Shown: piece after piece, positions 39,136-54,700 of the stretch | Layout: every line of letters begins with the position of its first letter | Position numbering within the stretch: the stretch's first letter is position 1 | From: Ascidiella aspersa | Lineage: Eukaryota | Direction of reading: 5' to 3' | Length of the DNA stretch: 64,000 bases | Assembly: GCA_963924565.1 (NCBI GenBank) | Contig: OZ004607.1 | Span: 21,762,001 to 21,826,000 of the forward strand | Notes under the pieces: generated by a model | The model's database searches: none | The model's input: the letters and a program-made list of their open reading frames with translations, nothing else | What the model was told of the DNA's origin: nothing | Position numbers and translations under genes: made by a program

Positions 39136-39233
39136 CGCTGAACACTCTTCGTAACACGCTTCACACTTCGACGATGGGGAAGTGGATATATTAGGTTTAG
39201 TTGTTGAAATAACAGAAAAAGTGGACACCACAG
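39136..39233 (-). CDS. Mucin exon after the PTS exon: (A)VVSTFSVISTTKPNISTSPSSKCEACYEECSA
   Basis: Acceptor ttcatctgcag|, donor |GTATGT. 98 nt, phase 1 to 0, compatible with the PTS exon. Marks the transition from S/T-rich to Cys-containing sequence. Confidence 0.82.
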
Positions 39234-39701
39234 CTGCAGATGAAACTTAGTTAAGCATAGAGTTGTTGACATTTTTAGAAAAATAACTAATAATAATTTC
39301 ATATTTACCACATGAAGAAACTCATGGCTTTGCGAAATAAGTTTCTAATGTAACTGCTATTTTAAACAATTAGGATCCGAATGCTAATTTTATCAAAGAA
39401 TTTAGTTAGATTTATAGTGTCTTCAGGACATTTTAATTGACAATATGGCAACACATTTTTTTGTTTAGTGAGAAAGAAATTTTTATAACATAAAAAAGTA
39501 TAGAACCATAAAAAATTACAGATATTTCAGTAAAAATCTCTCGAACTTTATAAAAATATTTGTCAACAGCCAAACGACTGAGTTAGACTGTCTTTAATAT
39601 TCTATGTTTAAAAAAAATAGATTTAAACATAATTTATTGTGTAACCGCCACAGGGGTGTGCTGTTAAACTGCCAGTATTTGAACTATGGGCTTAACCTCA
39701 C

Positions 39702-42700
39702 CAGGAGATTGTGTAATTTTCCCAACAAGAGGAGAAGATTCTATGTTTGCCACAAATCTTGACGTTGAAACAACCGTAGATCTCACAGGTTGCGTTACAG
39801 TGGACGAAGAAATATTTAAAGAAGAAGAGGAAATGGAAATGGATTCTGTAGTATCCATTGAAGGACCTGATTCTAATTGTGTATTTGTCCATAATGAGGA
39901 ACCGCTGGATGATATAGCGGTTCCAGGTGCACCTGATGAAGTTCCACTTTTCAAAACCTTGGTTGAAGTAAAGCCTGACGTAAAACCTCCTGCAGATAGC
40001 GTTTTTTTAGGGGTATTTGTAGCCGAATTACCAATTGACACCGCCGAAATTGATTCCGTGTTAGTCGACGAAGATGTTTTTTCACTTTGTCCGATATTTG
40101 TTATTTCGAATGAAGAAACAATTGGATATGGAGAAGTGTCGGTAACATTTGAAATAGAACTGCTAGATAATGACATGGTTTCCATGATACTTGACGAAAG
40201 TTCGTTTTCGGATTCTCCCGTTGGTGATAGTGTTGATGTATAAATTACCGGAAAAGGTGTGTTTTCAGTTGACAACACAGAGCTAAATGTCGATTCAGTG
40301 GTTGCTGAAAAACTTGAAACAGAGCTGGGATTAGATTCTGTCACACCTATTGAGGAAGCTTCTTGTGATTGTGGTTTTGGCGATATAGTTGATATGGAAC
40401 TACCTGACGATATCGCGGTTTCAGGTGTGCTTAATAAAGTTCCACTTTTCAAAACCGTGGTTGAAGTAAAGCCCGACGTAGTAACTTCTTCGGATAGCGT
40501 TTCTCCAGGGGTCTTTGTAGCAGAATTGCCAATTGACACCGCCGATTCCGCACTACCCGACGAAGATATTTTTTCACTTTGTCCGATATTTGTTGTTTCG
40601 AAAGTAGAAACACTTGGATATGGAGAAGTGCCACTAACATTTGAAATAGAACTGCTAGATAATGACATGGTTTCCATGATACTTGACGAAAGTTCGTTTT
40701 TAGATTCTCCCGTTGGTGATAATTTTGATGTTGAAATTACAGCAAATGGTGTGTTTTCAGGTGATGACACAGAGCTAAATATCGATTCAGTGGTTTCTGA
40801 AAAACTTGAAACAGTGCTGGGATTAGATTCTGTCGCACCGATCGGGGAACCGGGCAGTGATTGTGGTTTTGGCGCTATACTTGATATTGAACTACCTGAC
40901 GATATCGCGGTTTTAGGTGTGCTTAATAAAGTTCCACTTTTCAAAACCGTGGTTGAAGTAAAGCCCGACGTAGTACCTCCTTCAGATAGCGTTTCTCCAG
41001 GGGTCTTTGTAGCAGAATTGCCAATTGACACCGCCGATTCCGTACTACCCGACGAAGATATTTTTTCACTTTGTCCGATATTTGTTGTTTCGAAAGTAGA
41101 AACACTTGGATATGGAGAAGTGCCGGTAACATTTGAAATAGAACTGCTAGATAATGACATGGTTTCCATGATACTTGACGAAAGTTCGTTTTTAGATTCT
41201 CCCGTTGGTGATAATTTTGATGTTGAAATTACAGCAAGTGGTGTGTTTTCAGTTGATAACACAGAGCTAAATATCGATTCAGTGGTTTCTGAAAAACTTG
41301 AAACAGTGCTGGGATTAGATTCTGTCGCACCCATCGGGGAACCGGTTAGTGATTGTGGTTTTGGCGCTATACTTGATATGGAACTACCTGACGATATCGC
41401 GGTTTTAGGTGTGCTTAATAAAGTTCCACTTTTCAAAACCGTGGTTGAAGTAAAGCCCGACGTAGTACCTCCTTCAGATAGCGTTTCTCCAGGGGTCTTT
41501 GTAGCAGAATTGCCAATGGACACCGCCGATTCCGTACTACCCGACGAAGATATTTTTTCACTTTGTCCGATATTTGTTATTTCGAATGTAGAAACACTTG
41601 GATATGGAGAAGTGCCGGTAACATTTGAAATAGAACTGCTAGATAATGACATGGTTTCCATGATACTTGACGAAAGTTCGGTTTTAGATTCTCCCGTTGG
41701 TGATAATTTTGATGTTGATATTACCGCAAATGGTGTGCTTTCAGGTGATGACACAGAGCTAAATATGGATTCAGTGGTTTCTGAAAAACTTGAAACAGTT
41801 CTGGGATTGGATTCTGTCGCACCCATCGGGGAACCGGTTTGCGATTGTGGTTTTGGCGCTATACTTGATATGAAACTACCTGACGATATCGCGCTTTTAG
41901 GGGTGCTTAATAAAGTTCCACTTTTCAAAACCGTGGTTGAAGTAAAGCCCGACGTAGTACCTCCTTCAGATAGCGTTTCTCCAGGGGTCTTTGTAGCAGA
42001 ATTGCCAATGGAAACCGCCGATTCCGTACTACCCGACGAAGATATTTTTTCACTTTGTCGGTTATTTGTTATTTCGAATGTAGAAACACTTGGATATGGA
42101 GAAGTGCCACTAACATTTGAAATAGAACTGCTAGATAATGAGATGGTTTCCATGATACTTGACGAAAGTTCGGTTTTAGATTCTCCCGTTGGTGATAATT
42201 TTGATGTTGATATTACCGCAAATGGTGTGTTTTCAGGTGATGACACAGAGCTAAATATCGATTCAGTGGTTTCTGAAAAACTTGAAACAGTGCTGGGATT
42301 AGATTCTGACGCACCCATCGGGGAACCGGTTTGTGATTGTGGTTTTGGCGCTATACTTGATATGGAACTACCTGACGATATCGCGGTTTTAGGGGTGCTT
42401 AATAAAGTTCCACTTTTCAAAACCGTGGTTGAAGTAAAGCCCGACGTAGTACCTCCTTCAGATAGCGTTTCTCCAGGGGTCTTTGTAGCAGAATTGCCAA
42501 TTGAAACCGCCGATTCCGTACTACCCGACGAAGATATTTTTTCACTTTGTCCGATATTTGTTGTTTCGAAAGTAGAAACACTTGGATATGGAGAAGTGCC
42601 GGTAACATTTGAAATAGAACTGATAGATAATGACATGGTTTCCATGATACTTGACGAAAGTTCGTTTTTAGATTCTCCCGTTGGTGATAATTTTGATGTT

Positions 42701-45700
42701 GAAATTACAGCAAATGGTGTGTTTTCAGTTGATAACACAGAGCTAAATATGGATTCAGTGGTTTCTGAAAAACTTGAAACAGTGCTGGGATTAGATTCTG
42801 TCGCACCCATCGAGGAACCGGTTAGCGATTGTGGTTTTGGCGCTATACTTGATATTGAACTACCTGACGATATCGCGGTTTTAGGTGTGCTTAATAAAGT
42901 TCCACTTTTCAAAACCGTGGTTGAAGTAAAGCCCGACGTAGTACCTCCTTCAGATAGCGTTTCTCCAGGGGTCTTTGTAGCAGAATTGCCAATGGACACC
43001 GCCGATTCCGTACTACCCGACGAAGATACTTTTTCACTTTGTCCGATATTTGTTATTTCGAATGTAGAAACACTTGAATATGGAGAAGTGCCGGTAACAT
43101 TTGAATTAGAACTGCTAGATAATGACATGGTTTCCATGATACTTGACGAAAGTTCGGTTTTAGATTCTCCCGTTGGTGATAATTTTGATGTTGATATTAC
43201 CGCAAATGGTGTGTTTTCAGTTGATAACACAGAGCTAAATATCGATTCAGTGGTTTCTGAAAAACTTGAAACAGTGCTGGGATTAGATTCTGTCTCACCC
43301 ATCGGGGAACCGGTTTGTGATTGTGGTTTTGGCGCTATACTTGATATGGAACTACCTGACGATATCGCGGTTTTAGGGGTGCTTAATAAAGTTCCACTTT
43401 TCAAAACCGTGGTTGAAGTAAAGCCCGACGTAGTACCGCCTTCAGATAGCGTTTCTCCAGGGGTCTTTGTAGCAGAATTGCCAAATGAAACCGCCGATTC
43501 CGTACTACCCGACGAAGATATTTTTTCACTTTGTCCTATATTTGTTGTTTCGAAAGTAGAAACACTTGGATATGGAGAAGTGCCGGTAACATTTGAAATA
43601 GAACTGCTAGATAATGACATGGTTTCCATGATACTTGACGAAAGTTCGTTTTTAGATTCTCCCGTTGGTGATAATTTTGATGTTGAAATTACAGCAAGTG
43701 GTGTGTTTTCAGTTGATAACACAGAGCTAAATATCGATTCAGTGGTTTCTGAAAAACTTGAAACAGTGCTGGGATTAGATTCTGTCTCACCCATCGGGGA
43801 ACCGGTTTGTGATTGTGGTTTTGGCGCTATACTTGATATGGAACTACCTGACGATATCGCGGTTTTAGGTGTTCTTAATAAAGATCCACTTTTCAAAACC
43901 GTGGTTGAAGTAAAGCCCGACGTAGTACCGCCTTCAGATAGCGTTTCTCCAGGGGTCTTTGTAGCAGAATTGCCAATGGACACCGCCGATTCCGTACTAC
44001 CCGACGAAGATATTTTTTCACTTTGTCCGATATTTGTTATTTCGAATGTAGAAACACTTGGATATGGAGAAGTGCCGGTAACATTTGAAATAGAACTGCT
44101 AGATAATGACATGGTTTCCATGATACTTGACGAAAGTTCGTTTTTAGATTCTCCCGTTGGTGATAATTTTGATGTTGAAATTACAGCAAGTGGTGTGTTT
44201 TCAGTTGATAACACAGAGCTAAATATCGATTCAGTGGTTTCTGAAAAACTTGAAACAGTGCTGGGATTAGATTCTGTCGCACCCATCGGGGAACCGGTTA
44301 GTGATTGTGGTTTTGGCGCTATACTTGATATGGAACTACCTGACGATATCGCGGTTTTAGGTGTGCTTAATAAAGTTCCACTTTTCAAAACCGTGGTTGA
44401 AGTAAAGCCCGACGTAGTACCTCCTTCAGATAGCGTTTCTCCAGGGGTCTTTGTAGCAGAATTGCCAATGGACACCGCCGATTCCGTACTACCCGACGAA
44501 GATATTTTTTCACTTTGTCCGATATTTGTTATTTCGAATGTAGAAACACTTGGATATGGAGAAGTGCCGGTAACATTTGAAATAGAACTGCTAGATAATG
44601 ACATGGTTTCCATGATACTTGACGAAAGTTCGGTTTTAGATTCTCCCGTTGGTGATAATTTTGATGTTGATATTACCGCAAATGGTGTGCTTTCAGGTGA
44701 TGACACAGAGCTAAATATGGATTCAGTGGTTTCTGAAAAACTTGAAACAGTTCTGGGATTGGATTCTGTCGCACCCATCGGGGAACCGGTTTGCGATTGT
44801 GGTTTTGGCGCTATACTTGATATGAAACTACCTGACGATATCGCGCTTTTAGGGGTGCTTAATAAAGTTCCACTTTTCAAAACCGTGGTTGAAGTAAAGC
44901 CCGACGTAGTACCTCCTTCAGATAGCGTTTCTCCAGGGGTCTTTGTAGCAGAATTGCCAATGGAAACCGCCGATTCCGTACTACCCGACGAAGATATTTT
45001 TTCACTTTGTCGGTTATTTGTTATTTCGAATGTAGAAACACTTGGATATGGAGAAGTGCCACTAACATTTGAAATAGAACTGCTAGATAATGAGATGGTT
45101 TCCATGATACTTGACGAAAGTTCGGTTTTAGATTCTCCCGTTGGTGATAATTTTGATGTTGATATTACCGCAAATGGTGTGTTTTCAGGTGATGACACAG
45201 AGCTAAATATCGATTCAGTGGTTTCTGAAAAACTTGAAACAGTGCTGGGATTAGATTCTGACGCACCCATCGGGGAACCGGTTTGTGATTGTGGTTTTGG
45301 CGCTATACTTGATATGGAACTACCTGACGATATCGCGGTTTTAGGGGTGCTTAATAAAGTTCCACTTTTCAAAACCGTGGTTGAAGTAAAGCCCGACGTA
45401 GTACCTCCTTCAGATAGCGTTTCTCCAGGGGTCTTTGTAGCAGAATTGCCAATTGAAACCGCCGATTCCGTACTACCCGACGAAGATATTTTTTCACTTT
45501 GTCCGATATTTGTTGTTTCGAAAGTAGAAACACTTGGATATGGAGAAGTGCCGGTAACATTTGAAATAGAACTGATAGATAATGACATGGTTTCCATGAT
45601 ACTTGACGAAAGTTCGTTTTTAGATTCTCCCGTTGGTGATAATTTTGATGTTGAAATTACAGCAAATGGTGTGTTTTCAGTTGATAACACAGAGCTAAAT

Positions 45701-48700
45701 ATGGATTCAGTGGTTTCTGAAAAACTTGAAACAGTGCTGGGATTAGATTCTGTCGCACCCATCGAGGAACCGGTTAGCGATTGTGGTTTTGGCGCTATAC
45801 TTGATATTGAACTACCTGACGATATCGCGGTTTTAGGTGTGCTTAATAAAGTTCCACTTTTCAAAACCGTGGTTGAAGTAAAGCCCGACGTAGTACCTCC
45901 TTCAGATAGCGTTTCTCCAGGGGTCTTTGTAGCAGAATTGCCAATGGACACCGCCGATTCCGTACTACCCGACGAAGATACTTTTTCACTTTGTCCGATA
46001 TTTGTTATTTCGAATGTAGAAACACTTGAATATGGAGAAGTGCCGGTAACATTTGAATTAGAACTGCTAGATAATGACATGGTTTCCATGATACTTGACG
46101 AAAGTTCGGTTTTAGATTCTCCCGTTGGTGATAATTTTGATGTTGATATTACCGCAAATGGTGTGTTTTCAGTTGATAACACAGAGCTAAATATCGATTC
46201 AGTGGTTTCTGAAAAACTTGAAACAGTGCTGGGATTAGATTCTGTCTCACCCATCGGGGAACCGGTTTGTGATTGTGGTTTTGGCGCTATACTTGATATG
46301 GAACTACCTGACGATATCGCGGTTTTAGGGGTGCTTAATAAAGTTCCACTTTTCAAAACCGTGGTTGAAGTAAAGCCCGACGTAGTACCGCCTTCAGATA
46401 GCGTTTCTCCAGGGGTCTTTGTAGCAGAATTGCCAAATGAAACCGCCGATTCCGTACTACCCGACGAAGATATTTTTTCACTTTGTCCTATATTTGTTGT
46501 TTCGAAAGTAGAAACACTTGGATATGGAGAAGTGCCGGTAACATTTGAAATAGAACTGCTAGATAATGACATGGTTTCCATGATACTTGACGAAAGTTCG
46601 TTTTTAGATTCTCCCGTTGGTGATAATTTTGATGTTGAAATTACAGCAAGTGGTGTGTTTTCAGTTGATAACACAGAGCTAAATATCGATTCAGTGGTTT
46701 CTGAAAAACTTGAAACAGTGCTGGGATTAGATTCTGTCTCACCCATCGGGGAACCGGTTTGTGATTGTGGTTTTGGCGCTATACTTGATATGGAACTACC
46801 TGACGATATCGCGGTTTTAGGTGTTCTTAATAAAGATCCACTTTTCAAAACCGTGGTTGAAGTAAAGCCCGACGTAGTACCGCCTTCAGATAGCGTTTCT
46901 CCAGGGGTCTTTGTAGCAGAATTGCCAATGGACACCGCCGATTCCGTACTACCCGACGAAGATATTTTTTCACTTTGTCCGATATTTGTTATTTCGAATG
47001 TAGAAACACTTGGATATGGAGAATTGCCGGTAACATTTGAAATAGAACTGCTAGATAATGACATGGTTTCCATGATACTTGACGAAAGTTCGGTTTTAGA
47101 TTCTCCCGTTGGTGATAATTTTGATGTTGATATTGCCGCAAATGGTGTGTTTTCAGGTGATGACACAGAGCTAAATATCGATTCAGTGGTTTCTGAAAAA
47201 CTTGAAACAGTGCTGGGATTAGATTCTGTCTCACCCATCGGGGAACCGGTTTGTGATTGTGGTTTTAGCGCTATACTTGATATGGAACTACCTGACGATA
47301 TCGCGGTTTTAGGGGTGCTTAATAACGTTCCACTTTTCAAAACCGTGGTTGAAGTAAAGCCCGACGTAGTACCGCCTTCAGATAGCGTTTCTCCAGGGGT
47401 CTTTGTAGCAGAATTGCCAAATGAAACCGCCGATTCCGTACTACCCGACGAAGATATTTTTTCACTTTGTCCTATATTTGTTGTTTCGAAAGTAGAAACA
47501 CTTGGATATGGAGAAGTGCCGGTAACATTTGAAATAGAACTGCTAGATAATGACATGGTTTCCATGATACTTGACGAAAGTTCGGTTTTAGATTCTCCCG
47601 TTGGTGATAATTTTGATGTTGATATTGCCGCAAATGGTGTGTTTTCAGTTGATAAAACAGAGCTAAATATGGATTCAGTGGTTTCTGAAAAACTTGAAAC
47701 AGTGCTGGGATTAGATTCTGTCGCACCCATCGAGGAACCGGTTAGCGATTGTGGTTTTGGCGCTATACTTGATATTGAACTACCTGACGATATCGCGGTT
47801 TTAGGTGTGCTTAATAAAGTTCCACTTTTCAAAACCGTGGTTGAAGTAAAGCCCGACGTAGTACCTCCTTCAGATAGCGTTTCTCCAGGGGTCTTTGTAG
47901 CAGAATTGCCAATGGACACCGCCGATTCCGTACTACCCGACGAAGATATTTTTTCACTTTGTCCGATATTTGTTGTTTCGAAAGTAGAAACACTTGGATA
48001 TGGAGAAGTGCCACTAACATTTGAAATAGAACTGCTAGATAATGACATGGTTTCCATGATACTTGACGAAAGTTCGTTTTTAGATTCTCCCGTTGGTGAT
48101 AATTTTGATGTTAAAATTACAGCAAGTGGTGTGTTTTCAGTTGATAACACAGAGCTAAATATCGATTCAGTGGTTTCTGAAAAACTTGAAACAGTGTTGG
48201 GATTAAATTCTGTCGCACCCATCGGGGAACCGGTTAGTGATTGTGGTTTTGGCGCTATACTTGATATTGAACTACCTGACGATATCGCGGTTTTAGGTGT
48301 GCTTAATAAAGTTCCACTTTTCAAAACCGTGGTTGAAGTAAAGCCCGACGTAGTACCTCCTTCAGATAGCGTTTCTCCAGGGGTCTTTGTAGCAGAATTG
48401 AAAATTGAAACCGCCGATTCCGTACTACCCGACGAAGATATTTTTTCACTTTGTCCGATATTTGTTGTTTCGAAAGTAGAAACACTTGGATATGGAGAAG
48501 TGCCACTAACATTTGAAATAGAACTGCTAGATAATGACATGGTTTCCATGATACTTGACGAAAGTCCGTTTTTAGATTCTCCCGTTGGTGATAATTTTGA
48601 TGTTGAAATTACAGCAAGTGGTGTGTTTTCAGTTGATAACACAGAGCTAAATATCGATTCAGTGGTTTCTGAAAAACTTGAAACAGTGCTGGGATTAGAT

Positions 48701-51700
48701 TCTGTCGCACCCATCGGGGAACCGGTTAGTGATTGTGGTTTTGGCGCTATACTTGATATCGAAGTACCTGACGATATCGCGGTTTTAGGTGTGCTTAATA
48801 AAGATCCACTTTTCAAAACCGTGGTTGAAGTAAAGCCCGACGTGGTACCTCCTTCAGATAGCGTTTCTCCAGGGGTCTTTGTAGCAGAATTGCCAATGGA
48901 CACCGCCGATTCCGTACTACCCGACGAAGATATTTTTTCACTTTGTCCGATATTTGTTATTTCGACTGTAGAAACACTTGGATATGGAGAATTGCCGGTA
49001 ACATTTGAAATAGAACTGCTAGATAATGACATGGTTTCCATGATACTTGACGAAAGTTCGGTTTTAGATTCTCCCGTTGGTGATAATTTTGATGTTGATA
49101 TTGCCGCAAATGGTGTGTTTTCAGGTGATGACACAGAGCTAAATATCGATTCAGTGGTTTCTGAAAAACTTGAAACAGTGCTGGGATTAGATTCTGTCGC
49201 ACCCATCGGGGAACCGGTTTGTGATTGTGGTTTTGGCGCTATACTTGATATGGAACTACCTGACGATATCGCGGTTTTAGGGGTGCTTAATAAAGTTCCA
49301 CTTTTCAAAACCGTGGTTGAAGTAAAGCCCGACGTAGTACCGCCTTCAGATAGCGTTTCTCCAGGGGTCTTTGTAGCAGAATTGCCAAATGAAACCGCCG
49401 ATTCCGTACTACCCGACGAAGATATTTTTTCACTTTGTCCTATATTTGTTGTTTCGAAAGTAGAAACACTTGGATATGGAGAAGTGCCGGTAACATTTGA
49501 AATAGAACTGCTAGATAATGACATGGTTTCCATGATACTTGACGAAAGTTCGGTTTTAGATTCTCCCGTTGGTGATAATTTTGATGTTGATATTGCCGCA
49601 AATGGTGTGTTTTCAGTTGATAAAACAGAGCTAAATATGGATTCAGTGGTTTCTGAAAAACTTGAAACAGTGCTGGGATTAGATTCTGTCGCACCCATCG
49701 AGGAACCGGTTAGCGATTGTGGTTTTGGCGCTATACTTGATATTGAACTACCTGACGATATCGCGGTTTTAGGTGTGCTTAATAAAGTTCCACTTTTCAA
49801 AACCGTGGTTGAAGTAAAGCCCGACGTAGTACCTCCTTCAGATAGCGTTTCTCCAGGGGTCTTTGTAGCAGAATTGCCAATGGACACCGCCGATTCCGTA
49901 CTACCCGACGAAGATATTTTTTCACTTTGTCCGATATTTGTTGTTTCGAAAGTAGAAACACTTGGATATGGAGAAGTGCCACTAACATTTGAAATAGAAC
50001 TGCTAGATAATGACATGGTTTCCATGATACTTGACGAAAGTTCGTTTTTAGATTCTCCCGTTGGTGATAATTTTGATGTTAAAATTACAGCAAGTGGTGT
50101 GTTTTCAGTTGATAACACAGAGCTAAATATCGATTCAGTGGTTTCTGAAAAACTTGAAACAGTGTTGGGATTAAATTCTGTCGCACCCATCGGGGAACCG
50201 GTTAGTGATTGTGGTTTTGGCGCTATACTTGATATTGAACTACCTGACGATATCGCGGTTTTAGGTGTGCTTAATAAAGTTCCACTTTTCAAAACCGTGG
50301 TTGAAGTAAAGCCCGACGTAGTACCTCCTTCAGATAGCGTTTCTCCAGGGGTCTTTGTAGCAGAATTGAAAATTGAAACCGCCGATTCCGTACTACCCGA
50401 CGAAGATATTTTTTCACTTTGTCCGATATTTGTTGTTTCGAAAGTAGAAACACTTGGATATGGAGAAGTGCCACTAACATTTGAAATAGAACTGCTAGAT
50501 AATGACATGGTTTCCATGATACTTGACGAAAGTCCGTTTTTAGATTCTCCCGTTGGTGATAATTTTGATGTTGAAATTACAGCAAGTGGTGTGTTTTCAG
50601 TTGATAACACAGAGCTAAATATCGATTCAGTGGTTTCTGAAAAACTTGAAACAGTGCTGGGATTAGATTCTGTCGCACCCATCGGGGAACCGGTTAGTGA
50701 TTGTGGTTTTGGCGCTATACTTGATATCGAAGTACCTGACGATATCGCGGTTTTAGGTGTGCTTAATAAAGATCCACTTTTCAAAACCGTGGTTGAAGTA
50801 AAGCCCGACGTGGTACCTCCTTCAGATAGCGTTTCTCCAGGGGTCTTTGTAGCAGAATTGCCAATGGACACCGCCGATTCCGTACTACCCGACGAAGATA
50901 TTTTTTCACTTTGTCCGATATTTGTTATTTCGACTGTAGAAACACTTGGATATGGAGAATTGCCGGTAACATTTGAAATAGAACTGCTAGATAATGACAT
51001 GGTTTCCATGATACTTGACGAAAGTTCGGTTTTAGATTCTCCCGTTGGTGATAATTTTGATGTTGATATTGCCGCAAATGGTGTGTTTTCAGGTGATGAC
51101 ACAGAGCTAAATATCGATTCAGTGGTTTCTGAAAAACTTGAAACAGTGCTGGGATTAGATTCTGTCGCACCCATCGGGGAACCGGTTTGTGATTGTGGTT
51201 TTGGCGCTATACTTGATATGGAACTACCTGACGATATCGCGGTTTTAGGGGTGCTTAATAAAGTTCCACTTTTCAAAACCGTGGTTGAAGTAAAGCCCGA
51301 CGTAGTACCGCCTTCAGATAGCGTTTCTCCAGGGGTCTTTGTAGCAGAATTGCCAAATGAAACCGCCGATTCCGTACTACCCGACGAAGATATTTTTTCA
51401 CTTTGTCCGATATTTGTTGTTTCGAAAGTAGAAACACTTGGATATGGAGAAGTGCCGGTAACATTTGAAATAGAACTGCTAGATAATGACATGGTTTCCA
51501 TGATACTTGACGAAAGTTCGTTTTTAGATTCTCCCGTTGGTGATAATTTTGATGTTGAAATTACAGCAAATGGTGTGTTTTCAGTTGATAAAACAGAGCT
51601 AAATATCGATTCAGTGGTTTCTGAAAAACTTGAAACAGTGCTGGGATTAGATTCTGTCGCACCCATCGAGGAACCGGTTAGCGATTGTGGTTTTGGCACT

Positions 51701-54700
51701 ATACTTGATATTGAACTACCTGACGATATCGCGGTTTTAGGTGTGCTTAATAAAGTTCCACTTTTCAAAACCGTGGTTGAAGTAAAGCCCGACGTAGTAC
51801 CTCCTTCAGATAGCGTTTCTCCAGGGGTCTTTGTAGCAGAATTGCCAATGGACACCGCCGATTCCGTACTACCCGACGAAGATATTTTTTCACTTTGTCC
51901 GATATTTGTTATTTCGAATGTAGAAACACTTGAATATGGAGAAGTGCCGGTAACATTTGAATTAGAACTGCTAGATAATGACATGGTTTCCATGATACTT
52001 GACGAAAGTTCGGTTTTAGATTCTCCCGTTGGTGATAATTTTGATGTTGATATTACCGCAAATGGTGTGTTTTCAGGTGATGACACAGAGCTGAATATCG
52101 ATTCAGTGGTTTCTGAAAAACTTGAATTAGTGCTGGGATTAGATTCTGTCGCCCCCATCGGGGAACCGGTTTGTGATTGTGGTTTTGGCGCTATACTTGA
52201 TATTGAACTACCTGACGATATCGCGGTTTTAGGTGTGCTTAATAAAGTTCCACTTTTCAAAACCGTGGTTGAAGTAAAGCCCGACGTAGTACCTCCTTCA
52301 GATAGCGTTTCTCCAGTGGTCTTTGTAGCAGAATTGCCAATTGAAACCGCCGATTCCGTACTACCCGACGAAGATATTTTTTCACTTTGTCCGATATTTG
52401 TTGTTTCGAAAGTAGAAACACTTGGATATGGAGAAGTGCCACTAACATTTGAAATAGAACTGCTAGATAATGACATGGTTTCCATGATACTTGACGAAAG
52501 TCCGTTTTTAGATTCTCCCGTTGGTGATAATTTTGATGTTGAAATTACAGCAAGTGGTGTGTTTTCAGTTGATAACACAGAGCTAAATATCGATTCAGTG
52601 GTTTCTGAAAAACTTGAAACAGTGCTGGGATTAGATTCTGTCGCACCCATCGGGGAACCGGTTAGTGATTGTGGTTTTGGCGCTATACTTGATATTGAAC
52701 TACCTGACGATATCGCGGTTTTAGGTGGGCTTAATAAAGATCCACTTTTCAAAACCGTGGTTGAAGTAAAGCCCGACGTAGTACCTCCTTCAGATAGTGT
52801 TTCTCCAGGGGTCTTTGTAGCAGAATTGCCAATGGACACCGCCGATTCCGTACTACCCGACGAAGATATTTTTTCACTTTGTCCGATATTTGTTGTTTCG
52901 AAAGTAGAAACACTTGGATATGGAGAAGTGTCACTAACATTTGAAATAGAACTGCTAGATAATGACATGGTTTCCATGATACTTGACGAAAGTCCGTTTT
53001 TAGATTCTCCCGTTGGTGATAACTTTGATGTTGAAATTACAGCAAGTGGTGTGTTTTCAGTTGATAACACAGAGCTAAATATCGATTCAGTGGTTTCTGA
53101 AAAACTTGAAACAGTGCTGGGATTAGATTCTGTCGCACCCATCGGGGAACCGGTTAGTGATTGTGGTTTTGGCGCTATACTTGATATTGAACTACCTGAC
53201 GATATCGCGGTTTTAGGTGTGCTTAATAAAGATCCACTTTTCAAAACCGTGGTTGAAGTAAAGCCCAACGTGGTACCTCCTTCAGATAGCGTTTCTCCAG
53301 GGGTCTTTGTAGCAGAATTGCCAATGGACACCGCCGATTCCGTACTACCCGACGAAGATATTTTTTCACTTTGTCCGATATTTGTTGTTTCGAAAGTAGA
53401 AACACTTGGATATGGAGAATTGCCGGTAACATTTGAAATAGAACTGCTAGATAATGACATGGTTTCCATGATACTTGACGAAAGTTCGGTTTTAGATTCT
53501 CCCGTTGGTGATAATTTTGATGTTGATATTGCCGCAAATGGTGTGTTTTCAGGTGATGACACAGAGCTAAATATCGATTCAGTGGTTTCTGAAAAACTTG
53601 AAACAGTGCTGGGATTAGATTCTGTCTCACCCATCGGGGAACCGGTTTGTGATTGTGGTTTTGGCGCTATACTTGATATGGAACTACCTGACGATATCGC
53701 GGTTTTAGGGGTGCTTAATAAAGTTCCACTTTTCAAAACCGTGGTTGAAGTAAAGCCCGACGTAGTACCGCCTTCAGATAGCGTTTCTCCAGGTGTCTTT
53801 GTAGCAGAATTGCCAAATGAAACCGCCGATTCCGTACTACCCGACGAAGATATTTTTTCACTTTGTCCGATATTTGTTGTTTCGAAAGTAGAAACACTTG
53901 GATATGGAGAAGTGCCGGTAACATTTGAAATAGAACTGCTAGATAATGACATGGTTTCCACGATACTTGACGAAAGTTCGTTTTTAGATTCTCCCGTTGG
54001 TGATAATTTTGATGTTGAAATTACAGCAAATGGTGTGTTTTCAGTTGATAAAACAGAGCTAAATATGGATTCAGTGGTTTCTGAAAAACTTGAAACAGTG
54101 CTGGGATTAGATTCTGTCGCACCCATCGAGGAACCGGTTAGCGATTGTGGTTTTGGCGCTATACTTGATATTGAACTACCTGACGATATCGCGGTTTTAG
54201 GTGTGCTTAATAAAGTTCCACTTTTCAAAACCGTGGTTGAAGTAAAGCCCGACGTAGTACCTCCTTCAGATAGCGTTTCTCCAGGGGTCTTTGTAGCAGA
54301 ATTGCCAATGGACACCGCCGATTCCGTACTACCCGACGAAGATATTTTTTCACTTTGTCCGATATTTGTTATTTCGAATGTAGAAACACTTGAATATGGA
54401 GAAGTGCCGGTAACATTTGAATTAGAACTGCTAGATAATGACATGGTTTCCATGATACTTGACGAAAGTTCGGTTTTAGATTCTCCCGTTGGTGATAATT
54501 TTGATGTTGATATTACCGCAAATGGTGTGTTTTCAGGTGATGACACAGAGCTGAATATCGATTCAGTGGTTTCTGAAAAACTTGAAATAGTGCTGGGATT
54601 AGATTCTGTCGCCCCCATCGGGGAACCGGTTTGTGATTGTGGTTTTGGCGCTATACTTGATATTGAACTACCTGACGATATCGCGGTTTTAGGTGTGCTT

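Noticed and set aside
39664-39701. ORF end GEVKPIVQILAV* as the true C-terminus
   Set aside because: Read-through past a good GTGAG donor; phase-matched downstream exons exist. An intron-retained isoform cannot be excluded.
39686-40243. 185-aa acidic plus-strand ORF
   Set aside because: Antisense shadow of the Ser/Thr-rich mucin exon.
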